From: Bacillota bacterium
GTDB lineage: Bacteria > Bacillota > Clostridia > Christensenellales > CAG-138
DNA: 64,000 nucleotides
NCBI GenBank assembly: GCA_023455425.1
Contig: JAEYCM010000012.1
Coordinates: 52,545-116,544 of the forward strand
Reading direction: 5' to 3'
This document shows, piece after piece, positions 53,205 through 61,464 of the stretch. How positions within the stretch are numbered: position 1 is the stretch's first letter; the number at the start of each line of letters is the position of its first letter. The position numbers were made by a program, and so were the translations under genes. The notes beneath the pieces were generated by a model. The model was not told the origin of the DNA. It made no database searches and worked only from the letters and a program-made list of their open reading frames with translations.

Positions 53205-53241
53205 TCAGACGACGAAGTTTTAATAAAAACTCGTCGTCTGA
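53205..53241 (+). other. Long intercistronic hairpin between the peptide ORF and the rSAM gene
   Basis: Perfect 11-bp arms TCAGACGACGA / TCGTCGTCTGA, extended by GTTTT/AAAAC. No T-run follows, so it looks like an RNA-stability/attenuation element rather than a full terminator. Confidence 0.7.
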
Positions 53242-53260
53242 TTAACTAAGGAGAAATTGT

Positions 53261-54775
53261 ATGTTTTTCAAACAAAAATCTAATATTTTATTCAGAAACT
53301 ATGAGTCCTTTGGATATATAACGGACAATAGGAATTTCGGATATAAACAAGCAGATGATAACAAAAATGACATCGGGGATAAAATTCTATCGGAAAGTGG
53401 AGCTGTGTTTTTTTCAGTTTTAAGCAGAAAGCCTCAAACCCTTGACGTTCTTGCTCAAAAAATAAATAAGAAATTTACAGATGTTGATATCGAAACAATA
53501 AAGAATGATGCCAGAGACTTTTACTTTATGCTTGAACAAAATGGATTTATTGTATCTGGCGAAACAATGCAGGAGTGCGAAAAAAAAGATACAAAGTTTT
53601 CGTACAAAATACTTGAACCCGAGATAATAAAAAATGACTATTCTCCGACTATTATGCGGCCTGAAAGATCCACACAGGAATTTTTAGAAGAATATTTTAA
53701 TGACAAGCCTCAACTTACAAATTTACATATAGAAATTACAAGCAAGTGCAATGAAAGATGCGTACATTGCTATATTCCGCATGAGAACAAAGCAAGTGAT
53801 ATCGAACCTGATTTATTTTATGATGTTTTAAAGCAATGTAAAGCTATGAGATTATTACATTTGACAATAAGCGGTGGTGAACCACTATTGCACAAAAGTT
53901 TTTGTGATTTTTTAAGAAAATGTAAGGAATACGATTTTTCAGTAAATATTCTTAGCAACTTAACTTTACTTAATGATGAAATAATCAAAGCAATGAAAGT
54001 AAACCCTCTTTTAGGGGTTCAAGTCTCACTATATTCAATGGATTCCAATATTCACGATGGAATAACCCAAATGAAAGGAAGCTTTGAAAAGACAAAGAAC
54101 GCAATTTTGCAGCTTATTGAAAACGATATACCTTTACAAATAAGCTGTCCAATAATGAAACAAAATAAAAACTGCTATGGGGACGTTAAAAATTGGGCAA
54201 GAACACATAATGTTCAAGTTAGAGATGACTATGTCATCATAGCACAATATAATCATACAACACAAAATCTGAGTAACCGTCTATCCATTGATGAAATCAA
54301 AGAAGTAATTAAAGAGATTGTTGTGAATGATACAAGCTATTGGGAGAGAGCGGAAAGAGATGCAGAGAGTAAAAAAGATCTTACACCAAACGATTATATT
54401 TGTAGTGTTTGTCATTCATCCATTTGCATAGCAGAGAATGGAAATGTATATCCATGTGCTGGCTGGCAGGATTATAATATCGGTAATATGAAAGAAGCTT
54501 CTCTCAAAGATATTTGGAATAATTCTGAAAAAATACAATATCTCAGAGGCTTAAGAAGAAAAGATTTTCCTAAATGTATTCAATGCCATGATAAAGAGTT
54601 TTGTACCATGTGTATGGTTAGAAATGCAAATGAAGACCCCTTGGGAGATCCATTAGCAGTTAATGAGCATTTTTGTAATATTGCAAAACTGAATAGAAAT
54701 ATGATGCTTGAATGGAAAGAAAAACTTAAAAGTTCTTTGAATAAAGTTATTCCATATGCAAACAACCAACGATAA
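53261..54775 (+). CDS. Radical SAM / SPASM-domain peptide-modifying enzyme with an N-terminal PqqD-like RRE
   Basis: RRE-like ILSESGAVFFSVLSRKPQTLDVLAQKINKKF...ARDFYFMLEQNGFIV. Cluster motif SKCNERCVHCY (CxxxCxxC). GGEPLL. SPASM Cys pattern CSVCHSSICIAENGNVYPCAG...CIQCHDKEFCTMC...FC. AAGGAGA RBS. Confidence 0.9.
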   Translation: MFFKQKSNILFRNYESFGYITDNRNFGYKQADDNKNDIGDKILSESGAVFFSVLSRKPQTLDVLAQKINKKFTDVDIETIKNDARDFYFMLEQNGFIVSGETMQECEKKDTKFSYKILEPEIIKNDYSPTIMRPERSTQEFLEEYFNDKPQLTNLHIEITSKCNERCVHCYIPHENKASDIEPDLFYDVLKQCKAMRLLHLTISGGEPLLHKSFCDFLRKCKEYDFSVNILSNLTLLNDEIIKAMKVNPLLGVQVSLYSMDSNIHDGITQMKGSFEKTKNAILQLIENDIPLQISCPIMKQNKNCYGDVKNWARTHNVQVRDDYVIIAQYNHTTQNLSNRLSIDEIKEVIKEIVVNDTSYWERAERDAESKKDLTPNDYICSVCHSSICIAENGNVYPCAGWQDYNIGNMKEASLKDIWNNSEKIQYLRGLRRKDFPKCIQCHDKEFCTMCMVRNANEDPLGDPLAVNEHFCNIAKLNRNMMLEWKEKLKSSLNKVIPYANNQR

Positions 54776-54811
54776 TAAATGTTGAATCAGATCAACATCA
54801 GGAGATAAAGA

Positions 54812-57800
54812 ATGCTTGAAATAAACTGGAACATTTTCAAAGCAAAATTTAATAATAAAGAACAAAAAACGTTCGAGAACTTAAGTTACCTTCTATTTTG
54901 TGACGAGTTTAATAAGGATACAGGAATCTTTCGCTATAAAAATCAGGCAGGAATAGAAACAGAGCCAATCGAGCATGATGGAAAAATCATTGGATTCCAA
55001 GCTAAATTTTATGAGACTAAAATCAGCGATAACATACCGGATATTAAGAATTCTATCAAGAAGGCGAAAGAAAAAAATCCAAATATAAATAAAGTATTAT
55101 TTTATATTAATCAAGAGTTTTCTGAGAGTACAACCATAGGGCAAAAAGAACCCCGATACAAAATTATTATTGAGGAGTTTGCGGCAAGTAAAGGCATCGA
55201 AATCGAGTGGAGAGTACCCAGCTATTTTGAAAGACAACTGGCGCTTGAGAAAAACATTTCCTTTGGAAAGCATTTTTTTGCTATAGATAAAGGTACCTTT
55301 GACCTCGTGCAGGACTTGATTCAGCATACGGAATCTATTCTTGCCCCTATCCGTTCAGACATAGAATATCAGGGCAATACAATAAAGCTGGACAGATCAG
55401 CCATCTTGGCCGGTTTGCAGTCTGCTTTAACCCTAACCGAACCTCCAGTTGTCATTGTGAGCGGAAAAGGCGGCGTCGGAAAGACCGCGGTAATTAAAGA
55501 TTTTTATACTCAACTCAAAGAATCGATACCGATTATTATGTTTAAGGCTGCAGAGTTTAATGTCTCTAATATTAATTGCCTTTTTAATGTTTATGGAGAT
55601 TTCACATTAGCTGATTTTATATCTGAGTATCAGCGTATAGAAGAAAAATATATTGTCATTGATTCCGCTGAAAAATTATCCGACATAGAAGATCAGAATC
55701 CATTTCAAGAGTTTTTATCTAGACTAATCAACAACAAATGGAAGGTAATATTTACAACAAGGTATAGCTATCTTGATGACCTAAAATTTCTGTTAATGGA
55801 ATTGTACCGGCTATCGTTTACTTCACAAAATATTGAAGAAATCAGTGAAAAAGAACTTGCGGAGCTATCCAGCAAGTATTCTTTCAACCTTCCGCAAAAT
55901 GCAAGACTACTTGAACTGTTGCAGAACCCTTTTTATCTCGCGGAATATTTGAGTGAATATAAAAATATAAAAGCCTCAGCAAGCCTTTCGGATTTTAGAA
56001 ATCTTCTATGGAATAAACATATCGTAAAGTCGGCTTACCGAAAAAATAATATTCATATCAAGAGAGAAGCTTGCTTTTTACAGATTGCTCGGAAGAGAGC
56101 CGATGAAGGACAGTTTTTTGTAAACATAGAGAACTATGATAATGAAACGCTACAATCTCTTGAAGCGGATGAAATAATCAGATATGATGCAAATGCAGGC
56201 GGATACTTTATTACTCATGATATTTATGAAGAATGGGCGCTAGGGAAAATAATCGAACGGAACTACGCTTCATTATTAACTTATGAGAGCTTCTTTGCAA
56301 TATTGGGAAGCAGTTTGCCTATTCGTAGGGCTTTCAGAAACTGGTTGTCCGAAAAGCTATTTATCAATTATGGAGATATTAAGTTATTAATCGAACACTC
56401 CTTTGCCAATGACGCGGTAGCGTCATTCTGGAAAGATGAACTGATTGTTTCTGTTTTGCTGTCGGAATACTCGCAAGTATTTTTCCAATTATTCAAAACA
56501 AAACTTATGGAGGACGAACAGGCACTTTTGGTACGGGTTGTTTTTTTGCTTAGAATTGCCTGCAAAGAGATTGCCGATAGTTTTTTGCCCGTGATAGTTA
56601 CTCAACCAAAAGGCAGCGGATGGTCATATGTAATCGATTTCATCCATAGTCACAAAGAAACTCTTGGTAACGAACATATATCAACGATTCTTCCCATGCT
56701 GGCTGATTGGAATGATAAAAATACTCATGGAAATACAACAAAGAAGGCAAGTCAGATTGCTCTGTTCTACTATGAAAACATAGTAGGCCAAGGAGGATTT
56801 GGGTATAGATCCGAAGGGAAAATAAAGGAACCACTCATCAGGGTTATACTACAGGGCTCAGCAGAAATTAGAGAAGAACTGAAACATATTTTCGATGGAA
56901 TACTTACTAGAAACGAACCTAATCATAAAGATAGAGACTATGAACTGGTCGAAGTAATACTGACCTCAATCACCGATAACTATGAAGTCATAAAAATACT
57001 TCCTGACTATGTTATTAAGCTGGCGGAACTATTTTGGGTATATAAGCCGAAAAAAGATAATAAAGTTTTGAACATTAGGTCATCGGAACTTGAAGAAAAT
57101 TTTGGCCTCTCCCATAGACCTGATGATTGGTACTTTCCTCCAAGCGCTTTGCAAACGCCATTTTACCAGCTTTTAAGGCATGATACCAATATGACGGTAA
57201 ATTTTATTTTAAAATTTATGAATATGGCAGTCGAAAATTATGTAAAGTCTGAATTCAAAGACGAAGTGGAAGAAGTTAAAGTTTTTCTCGATAGCGACTG
57301 TCAGATTAATCAATACGTCAGTAATAGGTTATGGAATACCTACAGAGGCACTCAGGTTTCCACACATCTTCTGGAATCGATGCATATGGCCTTGGAAAAA
57401 TGGCTGCTGGATTACGCCAAATATGGAAAGACTGAGCATCTGGAAGAATGGTGTTATTATCTTATAAAAAATTCTTGCTCAGCCTCCATCACTGCTGTAG
57501 TCGCCAGCGCTGTCATGGCCTATCCATCTAAGCTGTTCACTATTGCAAAGATTCTTTTTCGAACCAAGGAATTTTTCTATTATGATACCAAGAGAATAGT
57601 ACTAGACGAATCCGCTAAGTTAACCTATTCTATTGGACACGGCTTAAATTTTAAACGTGATATATATTCGGACGAAAGAATCAAGACCTGCGAAGACAAA
57701 CACAGGAAGAAAAGATTTGAACAATTGGCCGTAGAATATCAGTTCTTTAGGTCGGAAAACGTTAGTGCCGAAGAAGCGGAAGTAAGGCAAAAGGCCTTAT

Positions 57801-59548
57801 GGGAAATATTTGATGTCTATTATAAAGAACTAGAGGGAAAGCCTGAAGATACTGAAGACAACCAAATATGGAGATTGTGCCTGGCAAGAATGGATCGAAG
57901 AAAAATGAATCCGGAATTAGAACAAACAGAGGAAGGAATTTCAATTAACTTTAACCCACAGCTTGAGCCGGAATTAAAAAAATATAGCGATGAGGCTTTA
58001 CAGGAATATAACGACGCAAATAAGTATATACCTCTATACTTATGGTCCAGATACAGATTCGCTAACGAAAAGGGGAAATATAGCCAGTATCAGCAATACG
58101 AAAATAATCCGCGTTTAGTAGTCATAGAACTAAGAGAGATTATGCAAGCTTTAAAAATTGGATCTCCAGAAGATTTTCGATTATTTAATCGGTCTATCCC
58201 GGCCTATGCCTGCGCAGTCTTGGTCAGGGATTTTAGCAATGAGTTAAGTCGGGAAGAAATAGAATTTTGTAAAGATATACTTATAGAATATTCCGCATCG
58301 CCGTTTCATGCGAGTCGCTATGTATATCAAGCTTTAGACGGAATAGAGCCCGCCATTAGTTCTTTATCTTACCTACTTAAATTTTTTTCTACAGAAAGGG
58401 AAGAGTTCGAAGGTATTAAAGGCCTGATGTTATTCTTGCTTTTTGTGCATGGAAAGATTCCTGAATTTACCACTCGAGCCATCTTGCAAAATTTATGGGA
58501 TATCAGTTTTGAAGATGCGCATTCCCTCTTTTTAGGATACATGTTCCTCAAGCCAAAATACGACAAGTTAGCGAAGAAATTGCAAGAAGATAATTATAAG
58601 AAACATATTTATGAAATTTCCGATAATCAAATTCTTGAGGTGTTTGGCGAGCAATACGAAAGTGAAATCAAAAAGATTATTTCGAATGATATTAAGTATG
58701 TCGATATTCCAAATGCACAAAACAAGAACTTGAGAATGTTGACCCGGGCATTTGAGTCGTTGCCACCAGGCACAAAGCATCCAGAACATATTAATTTTGT
58801 TTCAGAGATATTTCCGATCTTCGCCCAGAGAGTTTTTAAACGCGACAGGCATAACGATGACGAAGAAAAATTTGACTATACAATAAAAAACGAATTTCTA
58901 GATAAGTTTGCTGCCTTTGTCTTAACCGCAGATAAAGATATGATAGAAACATATCTTCAGCCGTTTATTGAAAACTTTAAAGTATCGGATGATACGGTGC
59001 GGTTCTTTCAATCTTTTATTTTTGCTGAAGATAGATTGAACAGATACGAAGAATTTTGGCATACATGGCATCTATTTTATGGAAAAATTAAGGATATCTG
59101 CACAGCGAAAAGTTATTATCATGATACCAAAGAAACTATTTATAATTATCTACTGGCATGGCCATATTGGAAGAACACTGCACGAGAATGGCACTCTTTA
59201 AAAGAACGAGAGAAAATTTTTTATAAAAAGGCCTCCGAGGATATGGGCCATTTCCCGCCCGTATTATATTCTATATCTAAAGTCCTTAACGATATCGGGA
59301 GCAACTTCATAGAAGACGGGATATTATGGCTGAGTGAAATAATAAACAAGAATAATAATTTGCTGACTGAGGAGCTTGAAGTAAATACCATTTATTATCT
59401 TGAATGCATCGCACGTAAATACATTCTTGCGAACCGTCAAAAAACCAAAACAATGCCGCAGATGAAAAAGGCACTCATTAGTATTTTGAACTTTTTGGTG
59501 GAGAGAGGCTCGGCGACTGGGTATTTATTACGTGAAAATATTTTATAA
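54812..59548 (+). CDS. 1,578-aa STAND-like P-loop NTPase with an N-terminal PD-(D/E)xK-like (Mrr/Cap4-like) nuclease domain and a ~1,100-aa helical-repeat C-terminus
   Basis: N-terminus FENLSYLLFCDEF...GIETEPIEHDGKIIGFQAKFY (acidic residues plus a QxK triad). Walker A VIVSGKGGVGKTAV (55463-55486). Walker B-like KYIVIDSAEKL. The rest is long and alpha-helical in appearance. AGGAGA RBS, 36 nt after the rSAM stop. Confidence 0.85.
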   Translation: MLEINWNIFKAKFNNKEQKTFENLSYLLFCDEFNKDTGIFRYKNQAGIETEPIEHDGKIIGFQAKFYETKISDNIPDIKNSIKKAKEKNPNINKVLFYINQEFSESTTIGQKEPRYKIIIEEFAASKGIEIEWRVPSYFERQLALEKNISFGKHFFAIDKGTFDLVQDLIQHTESILAPIRSDIEYQGNTIKLDRSAILAGLQSALTLTEPPVVIVSGKGGVGKTAVIKDFYTQLKESIPIIMFKAAEFNVSNINCLFNVYGDFTLADFISEYQRIEEKYIVIDSAEKLSDIEDQNPFQEFLSRLINNKWKVIFTTRYSYLDDLKFLLMELYRLSFTSQNIEEISEKELAELSSKYSFNLPQNARLLELLQNPFYLAEYLSEYKNIKASASLSDFRNLLWNKHIVKSAYRKNNIHIKREACFLQIARKRADEGQFFVNIENYDNETLQSLEADEIIRYDANAGGYFITHDIYEEWALGKIIERNYASLLTYESFFAILGSSLPIRRAFRNWLSEKLFINYGDIKLLIEHSFANDAVASFWKDELIVSVLLSEYSQVFFQLFKTKLMEDEQALLVRVVFLLRIACKEIADSFLPVIVTQPKGSGWSYVIDFIHSHKETLGNEHISTILPMLADWNDKNTHGNTTKKASQIALFYYENIVGQGGFGYRSEGKIKEPLIRVILQGSAEIREELKHIFDGILTRNEPNHKDRDYELVEVILTSITDNYEVIKILPDYVIKLAELFWVYKPKKDNKVLNIRSSELEENFGLSHRPDDWYFPPSALQTPFYQLLRHDTNMTVNFILKFMNMAVENYVKSEFKDEVEEVKVFLDSDCQINQYVSNRLWNTYRGTQVSTHLLESMHMALEKWLLDYAKYGKTEHLEEWCYYLIKNSCSASITAVVASAVMAYPSKLFTIAKILFRTKEFFYYDTKRIVLDESAKLTYSIGHGLNFKRDIYSDERIKTCEDKHRKKRFEQLAVEYQFFRSENVSAEEAEVRQKALWEIFDVYYKELEGKPEDTEDNQIWRLCLARMDRRKMNPELEQTEEGISINFNPQLEPELKKYSDEALQEYNDANKYIPLYLWSRYRFANEKGKYSQYQQYENNPRLVVIELREIMQALKIGSPEDFRLFNRSIPAYACAVLVRDFSNELSREEIEFCKDILIEYSASPFHASRYVYQALDGIEPAISSLSYLLKFFSTEREEFEGIKGLMLFLLFVHGKIPEFTTRAILQNLWDISFEDAHSLFLGYMFLKPKYDKLAKKLQEDNYKKHIYEISDNQILEVFGEQYESEIKKIISNDIKYVDIPNAQNKNLRMLTRAFESLPPGTKHPEHINFVSEIFPIFAQRVFKRDRHNDDEEKFDYTIKNEFLDKFAAFVLTADKDMIETYLQPFIENFKVSDDTVRFFQSFIFAEDRLNRYEEFWHTWHLFYGKIKDICTAKSYYHDTKETIYNYLLAWPYWKNTAREWHSLKEREKIFYKKASEDMGHFPPVLYSISKVLNDIGSNFIEDGILWLSEIINKNNNLLTEELEVNTIYYLECIARKYILANRQKTKTMPQMKKALISILNFLVERGSATGYLLRENIL

Positions 59549-59720
59549 TAACTTACAAATATCTGCCGCTAAGGGGATACCAGAGGGGTACGACATCCTT
59601 TTTGTATCCTCAACGCACGTTGAGACGATAATAATGATGACGAATTGTGGTCGAGACAAAAAATAATGGGGTTCAACCACAAGATGTTGTGGTTTTGGAC
59701 CGAAAATGAGCAAAAATCAA

Positions 59721-59755
59721 GGCCAAAAATATGCAAATTTTGGCCCATTTTTTGG
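59721..59755 (+). terminator. Candidate terminator of the cassette
   Basis: GGCCAAAA-atatgcaaa-TTTTGGCC followed by CATTTTTTGG, preceded by a second hairpin AACCACAA-gatg-TTGTGGTT. Confidence 0.45.
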
Positions 59756-59883
59756 CTATTTTTATAGATGACAAAGGTCGTTGGAGAGAGGGGGACCTCC
59801 ATAGTCATAATTTTATACAGTATTGGGTTAGCAATTACTGATTTCTCTGTTGTTGTTTTAGGTCATTTCGATGTATTAATCAA

Positions 59884-60064
59884 GGGGGATATTGCTCAGC
59901 TGGTAGAGTTTGCAGCACCATCTGCATCCTAGGTAGGCACCGAGATGGAACCTTAATCGAACTGAAAGAATATGGGGCACTGGCACGGCTGGTAGAGCAT
60001 GCGATACCTTCTGCATTTCCAGACAAGACGCAAAATGTAACTTTTAACTGAACTAGAAGAATAT
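59884..60064 (+). repeat. Two tandem ~90-nt units whose 5' parts mimic a tRNA acceptor/D-arm (pseudo-tRNA-like)
   Basis: Unit A 59884-59973 (GGGGGATATTGCTCAGCTGGTAGAGTTTGCAG...GAACTGAAAGAATAT). Unit B 59974-60064 (GGGGCACTGGCACGGCTGGTAGAGCATGCGA...GAACTAGAAGAATAT). A T-loop-like GGTTCAAATCC follows at 60115-60125. Confidence 0.6.
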
Positions 60065-60742
60065 AGGGCGCGCCCGCTTATTATGCCGGGTTTCCATATT
60101 CAGTTGTTTAAGGTGGTTCAAATCCCGTAAGTCAGTTTCGTTTATTAGAAAAACACAATGAGTTAACTTGAATTGATGAAGAATGCGATGGAGCAATCTA
60201 GTACTGACGTGGAAAGAATTTCTTTATGATAAGCGGATTGATGATGCTAACAAATAGCCCGGCTTGTTTGAGCTCGCGTTACGATAATTTGCTTGCGGCT
60301 TTTCTTAAAGCAAAAGCGGGTTGATAAAGTAAACTATGCCCATCAAATAGAATAATACATGATCTTTGCTAGGCTTATACAACAGCTTTTTTATAGTTTA
60401 ATGCATCAAAGTAGCCCTTTCTCGGATTTTGCCCATTTTCATATTCTCAAAAGTCTTTTCACAGGTGGCTCATACCGACGTGTTTGGTTTGTAAAAATTC
60501 AATAAAGCAAATTATTATGGTTCGAGTGGAATGCAAAAGGCTGCCAATAACTGAACTGCCGGGTTACTGGAGTGTCGAACGCTATATTCGGCGATGCTCT
60601 TGGCTATCTGTGGATGCTGCATCAGATGCATAAAGAAGTAAGTTAGGAGAACGCACACGGCTTTAGGAGAAAAAAGTGACAATTTGTAATTGCGCATTAT
60701 GGATGTGATACGAAACAAATAGTGCCATCTTTTTGCTTTAAC

Positions 60743-60770
60743 TTGACAAATAAGAATTCCTGTTCATAAT
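60743..60770 (+). promoter_or_regulatory. Promoter of the TetR-family gene
   Basis: TTGACA (60743-60748), 16-nt spacer, CATAAT (60765-60770). A GAACTGGAGTTC palindrome lies next to the RBS. Confidence 0.5.
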
Positions 60771-60806
60771 ATTAAATATATATTCAATGAACTGGAGTTC
60801 AATATT

Positions 60807-61388
60807 ATGGGCGTTCGTGAAGAACAAAGAGAAAAGCGGCGGGAAGAAATTCTTGCGGCCGGACTTGATCTGTTTATCCGCAAGGGATATGCCGCAACAA
60901 AAATCAGCGATATTGCAGAGCGTGTCGGTATGAGTGTGGGGCTTTTGTTTCATTATTTTGAATCGAAAGAAAAGCTGTATGAAGAGCTGATAAAAGTCGG
61001 TATTTCAGCTCCAATGAGCGTTATGGATTCCCCCGGTACAGAGCCGCTGCAGCTTTTTGAGCGCGCCGCAGAACGGATTTTTTATTATATAAAAGCCAAA
61101 CCGTTTGCCGCAAAAATGTTTGTGCTGATGAGTCAGGCTTTTTATAACGAAGCGGCGCCGCAAAGTATCAAAGAGTTGTTATCAAACTTTGATATTTACG
61201 CGCTGACCACCCGGTCAATTCAACAAGGTCAGGCAAACGGCACAATTCGCGACGGTGATCCATACGCACTGGCAATTGCTTATTGGTGCGCCATCCAGGG
61301 CATCGCAGAGTGGATGGCACTAAATCCCGATGCTCCCTGTCCGGAGAGCAATTGGATTACAGATATTATCAGGAGGAAATCCGAATGA
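60807..61388 (+). CDS. TetR/AcrR-family transcriptional regulator
   Basis: N-terminal HTH EILAAGLDLFIRKGYAATKISDIAERVGMSVGLLFHYFESKEKLY. Confidence 0.9.
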   Translation: MGVREEQREKRREEILAAGLDLFIRKGYAATKISDIAERVGMSVGLLFHYFESKEKLYEELIKVGISAPMSVMDSPGTEPLQLFERAAERIFYYIKAKPFAAKMFVLMSQAFYNEAAPQSIKELLSNFDIYALTTRSIQQGQANGTIRDGDPYALAIAYWCAIQGIAEWMALNPDAPCPESNWITDIIRRKSE

Positions 61389-61464
61389 AAAAAGTACTTA
61401 TTGTGGGTGCGGGGAATATTCAGCTGCTTAAATTTGCGAAGTGAGATAGTAGCTTCGGTTAAAA

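Noticed and set aside
59569-59808. 79-aa minus-strand ORF, and a 33-aa Trp-rich plus-strand ORF (MGFNHKMLWFW...) in the post-NTPase spacer
   Set aside because: Neither has an RBS. The region is dominated by hairpins and TTTTGG repeats and looks non-coding.
59884-60130. Possibility that the tRNA-like units are functional tRNA genes
   Set aside because: There is no 3' acceptor strand complementary to the 5' GGGG(G/C)A(T/C) heptamer. There is no T-arm in units A and B. The loops at the anticodon position are 8 nt. The isolated GGTTCAAATCC has no pairing stem.
60515-60718. 67-aa minus-strand ORF upstream of the TetR gene
   Set aside because: It has no RBS and no recognisable family, and it lies in what looks like decayed intergenic DNA. 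It could be a remnant, but it is not supportable.
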